Of a DNA stretch of 11,036 bases, positions 1 to 6,984 are shown piece by piece. The position numbers and the translations under genes were made by a program. The notes beneath the pieces were generated by a model, which worked only from the letters and a program-made list of their open reading frames with translations, was not told where the DNA came from and made no database searches. Within the stretch, counting starts at the first letter, position 1; each line of letters starts with the position of its first letter. The stretch lies in contig JBBAWM010000010.1 of the NCBI GenBank assembly GCA_040397175.1, positions 1-11,036 on the forward strand, in the 5' to 3' direction. Origin of the DNA: Candidatus Limnocylindrus sp. Its GTDB lineage: Bacteria; Chloroflexota; Limnocylindria; Limnocylindrales; Limnocylindraceae.

Positions 1-2
1 CG

Positions 3-302
3 ACGACGATGTACCGCGACTTTGCCTTGAGCCCAGAGCTATTCCACTGGGAGTCCCAATCCACAACGAACTCCAATTCACCGACTGGTCAGCGCTACAT
101 CAATCATCGGCAGAACGGGACCAACGTGTTGCTCTTCGTGCGGGAGGCCAAAACCAACTCGCTAGGCGCCTCGCCGTACGTATTCCTCGGGCCGGCTGAC
201 TACGTCAAGCACGAAGGTAGTAGGCCGATGGCCGTCACCTGGAAGCTTCGCAGACCGATGCCGATGGAGATCTTCTTAGCGTCGAGAGCGGCGGTCGCGT
301 AG
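3..302 (+). CDS. 3' end of a DUF3427-domain protein (usually the C-terminus of a large SF2 DEAD/DEAH helicase); 5'-truncated by the window edge
   Basis: Frame is open from position 3: TTMYRDFALSPELFHWESQSTT..SPTGQRYINH..VLLFVRE..PYVFLGPADYVKHEGSRPMAVTWKLRRPMP matches the DUF3427 C-terminal signature (YxDxxxxxxxFHWESQ..GxRY..LFVR..FLG..G.RPM..TWxL). The ATG at 9 is internal. The helicase part is inferred, not visible. Confidence 0.88.
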   Translation, partial: TTMYRDFALSPELFHWESQSTTNSNSPTGQRYINHRQNGTNVLLFVREAKTNSLGASPYVFLGPADYVKHEGSRPMAVTWKLRRPMPMEIFLASRAAVA

Positions 303-570
303 CGGCCCGGTCAATCGCCTTAGGGTTACGGCCGGTTGACCTAGGCGGCGTACATCGGTCACGGCCATCAAGGCGCGATTCGGAGCGTGCCGGTAAGGAA
401 ATTAGCTGAGTGAACTACTCCAGCTCTCCGGTGCGGACAGGCTAAGTCCTCGATTTGGAGTCGGGTCCGACCGTTTAACCTTGAATAAGCGTTGCTTCCG
501 GCGCTGTGGTGTCGACGGTCTCCGATCGGTCTCTGAGTCAACGGTAGGGGCGGGGCCGGCGCCGTCGGCT

Positions 571-589
571 TGATAGAATTTGCTACGAT
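571..589 (+). promoter_or_regulatory. Two tandem extended -10 elements (TGa-TAGAAT 571-579; TGc-TACGAT 581-589), candidate promoter(s) of the EEP operon
   Basis: Both match TGn-TANNNT and lie 10 bp apart in an AT-rich patch about 130 nt upstream of the ATG at 720. Confidence 0.5.
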
Positions 590-719
590 TGGCTAACCGG
601 GCGGTTTCGACGCGCGAAACTGCGCTCGGACACGGCTTCTTCGCGATCGCTCGAAGAGCCAAACTTCCCCGGGTACTCCTTCGGCCCGACGACCCATTCC
701 CACTTATAGGAGGAACTGA

Positions 720-2108
720 ATGCGGTTTCTGACGTGGAACATCCAAAGTGGCGGAGGCAGGAGAGTGCCGTCGATCCTGCAAGAGCTGGAACGACTCGCG
801 CCCGACTTTGTGACGCTCACCGAGGTTACGTTCAACAACCTCGAGATGATTAAGTCACAGCTTTCACGTCAAGGATTCGGCCAGATCGAGACGACTTGTT
901 CTGAGGGACAGACCAACAGCATTTTGGTTGCCTCAAAAGTGCCCTTCAAGGTGATCGATGAGCCGATCGATCACGATCCAGAGCGCTGGCTCTCCGTTGA
1001 GATCGAAGACCTGGATCTGAGGGTGCTCGCCGTTCATATTCCTGGGTCGACGGACAACAAGTTCGGTCAAGACGGCTTCGGCCTGTCAGGAAAGAAGCGC
1101 AAAGAGCTTTTCTGGGATCAGGTCATCCAGTACGCACAACGACACAAGGGCGAGAGGGTTGTCCTACTTGGCGACTTCAATACAGGGTTGCCTGAAGATG
1201 CCCAGGGCACTCCGTTCGAACTCTCAGACCGGATCCGGGTGCTGCGACTGGAGAAGTACCTGGACACGTGGCGATCTCTCAACTCTGGTAAGCGCGAATT
1301 CACCTGGTACTCAAAGCGGAAGAACAAAGAGACTGGAACATCGGAGGACTTTAACGGGTTCCGACTCGACTATGTGTTCGTTTCAAATGCCCTGCGAGAC
1401 TGCATCCTCAATGCTGAGCATGTCCATAGCGTTCGTTCGCAGGGAACCTCGGATCACTCGATGGTTGTTTCTGATCTGTCGGTCGGGGACTTGACTGCGT
1501 TCGCCGCTTCGGATGCAGAAACCGTTAGCAGAGTGGAGACGAGTAGCTCAGTGAAACGACCTTCGGACCGCTCCGACGAGAGTGCCGACGCTGTGAAACC
1601 TAGACCGAGTGCTCCACCGACTGTCGCCAAGCCGTCGAGGCCGGCGAAGCTCGGCACAGGCTACTTCGCCCAAAAGCCGGGCGACTGGACGAGAGAGGAA
1701 TTCATCGAGTCGATCGAAGACTTCAGCGATCGCGCCTTTCTTCTCAGGCTCCTCGAATTAGTCGATGCTAATGATGAGCTCCCATCGAGGGGACCGGCGC
1801 CGCGTCTCTTCTTCGGAAAGTGCCCTGGCGGGGGCATGTTCGTCTACCAGTTCGGTAGGCGGCATCCGCCGTACAAGTTCTCGATCAGAAAGGGCCGATT
1901 GATGATCGCAGGGTGCTGGACCAGGTTTCCCCAAGTCGAGGGCGATCCAGGATTCGCCGACCTTGCATCAATGTTGAACCTCGACGAGAAGAGTTCAGCG
2001 AAGGCTGTCCCGGTGTCTGGACTCGATCCTGACGAAGTTTGGAAAATTGGCGAGACTGTGTCGCGGGCCATCAACGAGGGATTGCCCATTCGAACCATTT
2101 TGTCATGA
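720..2108 (+). CDS. Endonuclease/exonuclease/phosphatase (EEP, ExoIII/DNase I-like) domain fused through an S/P/A-rich linker to an unidentified ~130-aa C-terminal domain
   Basis: AGGAGG at 708-713. Full EEP catalytic set: TWNIQ, LTE, LLGDFN, FTW, FRLDYVFVS, SDHS (aa 1-~255). Low-complexity linker at aa ~256-320; globular-looking domain from WTREEF (aa 323). Confidence 0.9.
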   Translation: MRFLTWNIQSGGGRRVPSILQELERLAPDFVTLTEVTFNNLEMIKSQLSRQGFGQIETTCSEGQTNSILVASKVPFKVIDEPIDHDPERWLSVEIEDLDLRVLAVHIPGSTDNKFGQDGFGLSGKKRKELFWDQVIQYAQRHKGERVVLLGDFNTGLPEDAQGTPFELSDRIRVLRLEKYLDTWRSLNSGKREFTWYSKRKNKETGTSEDFNGFRLDYVFVSNALRDCILNAEHVHSVRSQGTSDHSMVVSDLSVGDLTAFAASDAETVSRVETSSSVKRPSDRSDESADAVKPRPSAPPTVAKPSRPAKLGTGYFAQKPGDWTREEFIESIEDFSDRAFLLRLLELVDANDELPSRGPAPRLFFGKCPGGGMFVYQFGRRHPPYKFSIRKGRLMIAGCWTRFPQVEGDPGFADLASMLNLDEKSSAKAVPVSGLDPDEVWKIGETVSRAINEGLPIRTILS

Positions 2109-2144
2109 TGCGCGAGCTACCGACTGTAAGGAGTGTTCCTGAAG

Positions 2145-3200
2145 ATGTTCACTAAGAAGTTTTTTCGTCTTGAGCCGGATGTGGGTACCGACCCGTTAGC
2201 GGTTACAGAAGCGTCATCTCTGACGTCTCCCGATGGGTTGCTCGCCAAGCTTCGTCGACACGATGGAATCCTGGTCGCGACATGGGAGCCCCGCACCGAA
2301 CAAGGCCGGGTGCACGCCCTGGGGATCGTGCAGGAAATCGACAAGGGACGATCAGCAATGGTTGATTGGCGACCGGCCAACTTCACCTTGCACCCGAGCG
2401 GTCAGGGAGCCGTCCAGTGGAGGAAGAGACCTTTTTTTGAGTTCGCCGAGAAGGTCGCTGCCCGCTACGGGCTGATTGGCTACTTCGACGATGCCTTTTC
2501 TATGAGCAATGGCGCGGCTCGCGATCGCGACGGGTCTGCGGAGGGCCCTCCGGCTGCATTCGCAACAGCATCGGTTCCAGAATCACTCGGTGCTCACCTG
2601 CCGACGGACACCACTAGTTCCCCCGAAAGCAAAGGTCCGCAATGCAATCGAGTCGCACCCAATGGTGAGATTTCCGCTACCCCCGCGCGCGGACTATTCA
2701 TGGGCAATCGGACCAGCCCGCCGCGCTGGTTGGTCTGCGATCTCCATTTTAAGCGGAACCTCAAGGAGCCGCGGAAGTACACCAAACTGTTTTTTCTCGA
2801 CGAAGCAGTTGCCTTGGCGGCTGGACACCGACCGTGCAACACGTGTCGACGTGATCGCTACGAGGCATACCTATCAGCGGTGAGGGCTGAAACCAGTGTC
2901 GCTGGTGCCACGGAACTTGACGCATTACTCAATGCCGCGCGCCGAACCCCTGGCTTGCGCGCTCCGATCGCGTCCCTGCCCGACGGTGCGTTTATCGCAC
3001 TCGGCGAGGGAGATTATCGGCTTAAGTGGCACGGGGCCCTGCACAGGTGGACGCCGGCCGGGTACGTGGACGCAGTAACGCTAACGGATCTTGCCCGCGA
3101 TGATTCGACTGTTCTGACGCCTGAGCCATCCCTTGCGGCGCTGCGTAATAGCTACCTTCCAGAGGTCCACCCCTCGACTAACTCAACCTGCATTACGTAG
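2145..3200 (+). CDS. Two-domain protein: unknown N-terminal domain + linker + conserved domain containing an Ada-type metal-binding motif
   Basis: AAGGAG at 2128-2133 favours ATG 2145 over GTG 2133. The C-terminal half, NRVAPNGEI..ARGLFMGNR..WLVC..YTKLFFLDEAVALAAGHRPCNTCRR, contains the F..A.AAG(H/Y)RPCxxC motif of Ada Zn-binding domains. It starts shortly after the upstream stop codon, so it is probably co-transcribed. Confidence 0.8.
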   Translation: MFTKKFFRLEPDVGTDPLAVTEASSLTSPDGLLAKLRRHDGILVATWEPRTEQGRVHALGIVQEIDKGRSAMVDWRPANFTLHPSGQGAVQWRKRPFFEFAEKVAARYGLIGYFDDAFSMSNGAARDRDGSAEGPPAAFATASVPESLGAHLPTDTTSSPESKGPQCNRVAPNGEISATPARGLFMGNRTSPPRWLVCDLHFKRNLKEPRKYTKLFFLDEAVALAAGHRPCNTCRRDRYEAYLSAVRAETSVAGATELDALLNAARRTPGLRAPIASLPDGAFIALGEGDYRLKWHGALHRWTPAGYVDAVTLTDLARDDSTVLTPEPSLAALRNSYLPEVHPSTNSTCIT

Positions 3201-3213
3201 AGGCATTTCACGC

Positions 3214-3285
3214 CGCGTGTCAGTTCCCCTTCGTGGAATGGAAAGTACGTAGACGAAAGAGATTGCAATGCCGAGTTGGAGCAGC
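3214..3285 (+). repeat. Copy 1 (degenerate) of a 72-bp direct repeat; copy 2 is at 8060-8131
   Basis: Manual ungapped alignment gives 65/72 identity. Contains TGTCAG-N10-TGGAAT and ATG CCG AGT TGG AGC AGC (MPSWSS) at 3268; this frame stops after 18 codons. Confidence 0.95.
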
Positions 3286-3505
3286 AGGCGCGAGTGCGGG
3301 TCACTCCACGCGACAAGGCGATGATGGCCATCGAGGTCCTCGACAAGGTCCGCTCGGTAGCTGCGGTCGCTGGTGACTACGGATGCGGCTGGCACACCAG
3401 GCACGCCCACGTCGTCACCGTCGCCGATGTGCCTGGATGCCGAGCCAGCCCCGGTGGTGGTGCTGGGTATCGATCGAGACCCGCTGCGGCAAAGCCAAAT
3501 GGAAA
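3286..3505 (+). pseudogene. Internal fragment of an ISL3-family transposase with two frameshifts
   Basis: Stitching three + frames gives ARVRVTPRDKAMMAIEVLDKVRSVAAVAGDYGCGWHT..VVTVAD / LDAEPAPVVVLGID / ETRCGKAKWK (last part 3476-3505). This is the ISL3 HTH (RSVxxVAxxYGxxWxT) followed by the LGIDE first catalytic motif. No terminal IRs seen. Confidence 0.8.
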
Positions 3506-3564
3506 ATGGGAAGTGGGCCGAATTCCGGGCGATCGCGCCACCGCTAGGACCAGTGGCAGTGGTG

Positions 3565-4734
3565 TCAGCCTCGCCGGCCGGCCCGCTCGGCGAAGGCGTC
3601 GAGCGCTGCAAGCACTTCGGGCGCGCGCCAGATTCGGTTGCGCGCTCTGTTGGTTGTCTCGATGAGGATCCCGGCTTCGGTCAGTGGGGCGAGATAGCGG
3701 TGGGCGTTGGTGGAGTCGATGCCCAGTTCCGCGGCGAGCAGTGCGGCGTTGACGACGGGGCGGCGAGTAAGCAGATCGGCGAGCTTCCACACGGCGGAGT
3801 CCGAGCGGGCGACGATCTCGTCGTTCCAGCGCCGACGGATATCCCGCAGGTTGGTGACGAGCAGGCGGCCGTTGTCGATCGCGCGGCTGGTGGCGCGTGA
3901 GAAGCACTCGATGATGGGCGCGGCGTCACCTTCGCGGTAGCTGGTCAGGGCGGCGAAGTACGCGCCGGTGTCGGTGAGGAGTCCGGCCGAGACCGGCACC
4001 GTCAGTTGGCGGGTCAGTCCCTTGTTGCGCAGCATGGCTTGGACAAGGGCCCGTCCGGTGCGGCCGTTGCCGTCGGTGAAGGGGTGGATTGTCTCGAACT
4101 GTGCGTGCGCCACGGCGATCTGGGGCAGTGCGGGGATGTCGGCGCGCTGGGAGAACTCGATCAAATCGGTGATCGCTGCGGGGATGAGGTGATGGCGTGG
4201 GCCGACGAAGGTTGCGCCGACGGGCGTCGAGCTGGCGCCTATCCACACCGGCTCGGTGCGGAACGCCCCGGGGGTGTGTCGCGCCTGAGTGGCCATCAGG
4301 GCGCGGTGCATGGTGAGGATGGCGGCGGCGTCGATGGTGTCGGACAGGGAAAGTGCGGCCTGCATCGCGGCGGTGTTGGCAACGATCATCTCGGCGTTGC
4401 GTTTGGCCTGAAGGCCCGGCAGTTCGGCCTCGGCGATGGCTCGGGCCGACGCCGTCAGGTTCTCGATTTGCGAGCTGGCCGCGGACTCCGAGCGCAACAA
4501 CACCGCGGCGAACGGCGCGACTTCGCTCCCGAGTTCGGCGTCGAATCGGGTGATCTCGCGGCTGGCCGACTCCGCCTCGGCGAGGACGGCGGGCGGAAGG
4601 TCCAGCGTCAGGTCGGTGATGGCGGCCGGGACGGCGGGGTGATACGTGCCCAACGCCTGGCCGGCGCTCGCGGGCTGAGCAGGCTGGGGTTCCCACCGGA
4701 CCGTTTCGTAGGTGAGGGAGTGAAGTGACGCCAT
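3565..4734 (-). CDS. Fic family protein, class II (N-terminal inhibitory motif), with C-terminal winged-HTH-like region
   Basis: Canonical HPFTDGNGRTGR active-site motif; SSQIEN matches the inhibitory (S/T)xxxE(G/N); C-terminal PVVNAALLAAELGIDSTNAHRYLAPLTEAGIL..RNRIWRA is wHTH-like. Start placed at ATG 4734 (leaderless, TAATAT 5 nt upstream); ATG 4752 is the alternative. Confidence 0.95.
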   Translation of the reverse strand: MASLHSLTYETVRWEPQPAQPASAGQALGTYHPAVPAAITDLTLDLPPAVLAEAESASREITRFDAELGSEVAPFAAVLLRSESAASSQIENLTASARAIAEAELPGLQAKRNAEMIVANTAAMQAALSLSDTIDAAAILTMHRALMATQARHTPGAFRTEPVWIGASSTPVGATFVGPRHHLIPAAITDLIEFSQRADIPALPQIAVAHAQFETIHPFTDGNGRTGRALVQAMLRNKGLTRQLTVPVSAGLLTDTGAYFAALTSYREGDAAPIIECFSRATSRAIDNGRLLVTNLRDIRRRWNDEIVARSDSAVWKLADLLTRRPVVNAALLAAELGIDSTNAHRYLAPLTEAGILIETTNRARNRIWRAPEVLAALDAFAERAGRRG

Positions 4735-4739
4735 GACCG

Positions 4740-4773
4740 ATATTAACTTCATTTAAACAGTTAAGTGAAGTTA
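4740..4773 (-). promoter_or_regulatory. fic -10 box (TAATAT, 4745-4740) overlapped by a 13-4-13 inverted repeat (probable operator)
   Basis: TAACTTCATTTAA-acag-TTAAGTGAAGTTA at 4744-4773, with 12/13 arm complementarity and very AT-rich for this genome. Confidence 0.75.
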
Positions 4774-4923
4774 GGAGCCATCGTTAGTGTCACTTCGGAT
4801 CCCGGAGATCGAGCTCGACCCGATCGACTGATCCTATGGGTTGACATCCCACTTGGCGATTGACGGGATTCCGTGCAACTGACTGGCCCGGAGCAACGGC
4901 AACCTCAAGAGACCGTTTCCACC

Positions 4924-5027
4924 TAGCATGAGTCCTGCGGTCCGACGGACTTCCCTGGCTCCTCGGAGCCAGCATGGATATGTCCCCATCCGCACGACTC
5001 TGTTCGTGCTGCCTTGGGGAACTCGAC
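4924..5027 (+). promoter_or_regulatory. Candidate -10 (TAGCAT 4924-4929) and structured 5' leader of the DUF2075 gene
   Basis: Hairpins at 4955-4972 (CTGGCTC/GAGCCAG), 4976-4991 (GGAT/ATCC) and 4992-5009 (GCACGA/TCGTGC). TTCCC 4951-4955 is complementary to GGGAA 5017-5021, which overlaps the SD. Confidence 0.55.
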
Positions 5028-6914
5028 GTGACATTGATCCGGACCACCGCGGATCGCGTCCGTGGGATGGTGCCGGAGTCATTGGTCGAGCAGTTGCTGG
5101 AACAGATGCTTCATCGCACTGGGCGCCGTGCAGCACCCGCCGAGCAGACCTCATGGCGGCGCAGCCTCCCGGTATTGGCCGCGGACTTGGCCGACGCCGG
5201 ACTCGGCGACGTCGAGATGCTGGTCGAATATCACCTCCCGTTGACGTCCCAGCGCGCTGACGTTGTCTTGGCCGGAACCCATCCGCAAACCGGCGAGGCG
5301 TCCTATGTAGTCGTCGAGTTGAAGCAGTGGTCCGCGGCATACGCCTTCGAGGGCGACCCGGAGATCGTCGAGGTGCCCGGTGTCCCGGGTGGACCGCGAC
5401 TGCACCCGGTGATTCAGGTGCGCGGCTACTGCGATTACCTGCTGGACTTCGCTCGCGTGTTAGCAGAACGTCCCGATTCGGTGGCCGGCATGGCTTACCT
5501 GCACAACGCCTCAGACCCCGCACTGGTCAAGGACTTGCTTGCGGTCCCAGTATCCAAGACGGGTCGGCTCTTCACCGCCGCGGACAAAGGAGCGATGTTC
5601 GACTTCCTCCGGTCCAGGCTCGCGCCGGGACCCGGACGGGAGGCCGCTGATTTGTTGATCAACTCCGCTGTGGCACCGTCCAAGCAACTGCTCAAACTTG
5701 CGGCGGCGGAAATCCGCGACCGCTCCCAGTTCCGCCTGATCGGAAACCAGCAGTTGGCAGTCGATTTGGTGATGCACGCGGTGGAACACGCGCGGGCGGG
5801 CAATGCCAAGCGGGTGATCGTGGTGACGGGTGGTCCCGGCAGTGGAAAGAGTGTCGTCGCGCTGTCTCTGATGGGGGAGTTGGCGCGGCGCGGGCGCACC
5901 GTCATCCATGCCACGGGGTCACGCTCATTCACCCAGACGCTCAGAAAAGTTGCCGCCGTGCGGGCCCCGAAGGTTCGCGCGCTGTTCAAGTATTTCAACC
6001 AGTTCATGGCGGCCGATCCGAATGGTCTGGATGTTCTGATCATGGATGAGGCCCATCGCATCCGGCAAACGTCGGTCGACCGGTACACCCGCGCGGAGTA
6101 TCGGACTGATCGTCTGCAGATCGACGAACTCATCGCCGCTGCTCGTGTTCCAGTATTTCTTCTTGACGAGCACCAGGTGGTGCGCCCCGGAGAGATGGGA
6201 ACCCTAGCGCAGATTCAGCACCACGCGCGCCACCTTGGGATCGACTTTCACCACATTGCACTCGGTGAGCAGTTCCGATGCGGTGGAAGTGAGGAATACG
6301 TGCACTGGGTGGTGCGGCTGCTGGGGTTGGCCGGAGGCGATCCACCAATGGCGTGGTCCGGTGATCCGCAGTTCCACGTTCGCGTCGCCGAGACGCCGGA
6401 GGAGATGGAACGCTATCTGGTGAGTCAGATCCAGCAGGGCTACTCGTCGCGCATTACGGCCGGATACTGCTGGCCGTGGAGCGACGCTCGCGAGGATGCA
6501 ACGTTGGTGCCTGACGTTCGGATTGGGGCGTGGGCACGACCGTGGAACAGCAAGAGCGACAGAAGAATCGGCGATGCTCCACCCAGTGCGCTCTGGGCCA
6601 CCGATGACGGCGGGTTTGGGCAAGTTGGCTGCATCTACACGGCCCAGGGATTCGAGTACGACTGGAGCGGTGTCATTCTCGGGCCTGACTTCGTGTGGCG
6701 TGATGGCCGGTTCGTGACGGTCCGTGGCGCCAACAAGGATCCCGACTTTCGGAATACCAAGACCGTGCCGGACAACCGGTTCGACGTCCTTGTGCGCCAC
6801 GTCTACAAGGTGTTGTTGACCCGCGGGATGATCGGCACGGTCATTTACTCCACTGACGCAGAGACGCGGGAGGCGTTGCATTCGCTGGTTGGTGCACAGC
6901 GATTTGATGCCTAG
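5028..6914 (+). CDS. DUF2075 family (Schlafen group-3-like SF1 DNA/RNA helicase) with N-terminal PD-(D/E)xK-like nuclease domain
   Basis: N-terminal EY.LP...RADVVLAG..VVVELKQW; Walker A GGPGSGKS; Walker B LIMDEAHR; EQFRCGGS; AGYCWPW; GCIYTAQGFEYD; YKVLLTRG. GTG 5028 is preferred as start (GGGGA at 5016-5020, 7-nt spacing) over ATG 4974. Confidence 0.92.
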   Translation: MTLIRTTADRVRGMVPESLVEQLLEQMLHRTGRRAAPAEQTSWRRSLPVLAADLADAGLGDVEMLVEYHLPLTSQRADVVLAGTHPQTGEASYVVVELKQWSAAYAFEGDPEIVEVPGVPGGPRLHPVIQVRGYCDYLLDFARVLAERPDSVAGMAYLHNASDPALVKDLLAVPVSKTGRLFTAADKGAMFDFLRSRLAPGPGREAADLLINSAVAPSKQLLKLAAAEIRDRSQFRLIGNQQLAVDLVMHAVEHARAGNAKRVIVVTGGPGSGKSVVALSLMGELARRGRTVIHATGSRSFTQTLRKVAAVRAPKVRALFKYFNQFMAADPNGLDVLIMDEAHRIRQTSVDRYTRAEYRTDRLQIDELIAAARVPVFLLDEHQVVRPGEMGTLAQIQHHARHLGIDFHHIALGEQFRCGGSEEYVHWVVRLLGLAGGDPPMAWSGDPQFHVRVAETPEEMERYLVSQIQQGYSSRITAGYCWPWSDAREDATLVPDVRIGAWARPWNSKSDRRIGDAPPSALWATDDGGFGQVGCIYTAQGFEYDWSGVILGPDFVWRDGRFVTVRGANKDPDFRNTKTVPDNRFDVLVRHVYKVLLTRGMIGTVIYSTDAETREALHSLVGAQRFDA

Positions 6915-6984
6915 TCAATCTGGCTGCCGCCACAACCAGGAACTCAAACTCCCTGCACCGTTTCCCGCTTCTTGACACACTGAG

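Noticed and set aside
402-782. 126-aa minus-strand ORF in the first intergenic region
   Set aside because: It overlaps the EEP start and promoter, has S/R/P-rich low-information composition and shows no recognisable motif.
3276-3907. ORFs 3276-3665 (+), 3373-3900 (+) and 3377-3907 (-) as genes
   Set aside because: They are explained by the frameshifted ISL3 fragment running into the antisense or alternative frames of fic.
4743-4774. Functional loxP/rox or dif recombination site
   Set aside because: Only the outer TAACTT(C)/(G)AAGTTA matches. The element is 30 bp against 32 bp for the equivalent span of lox/rox, no recombinase or second site is in the window, and its position over the fic -10 fits an operator better.
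4951-5021. tRNA gene
   Set aside because: The topology is cloverleaf-like, but it has no T-loop GTTCRA in a proper arm, no D-loop consensus, no 7-bp acceptor stem and no CCA.
3926-6881. Long overlapping ORFs (3926-4696, 4006-4728, 4834-5523, 5495-6133, 6204-6881)
   Set aside because: These are shadow frames typical of high-GC coding DNA; they are Arg/Pro/Gly-rich, have no motifs and overlap well-supported genes.
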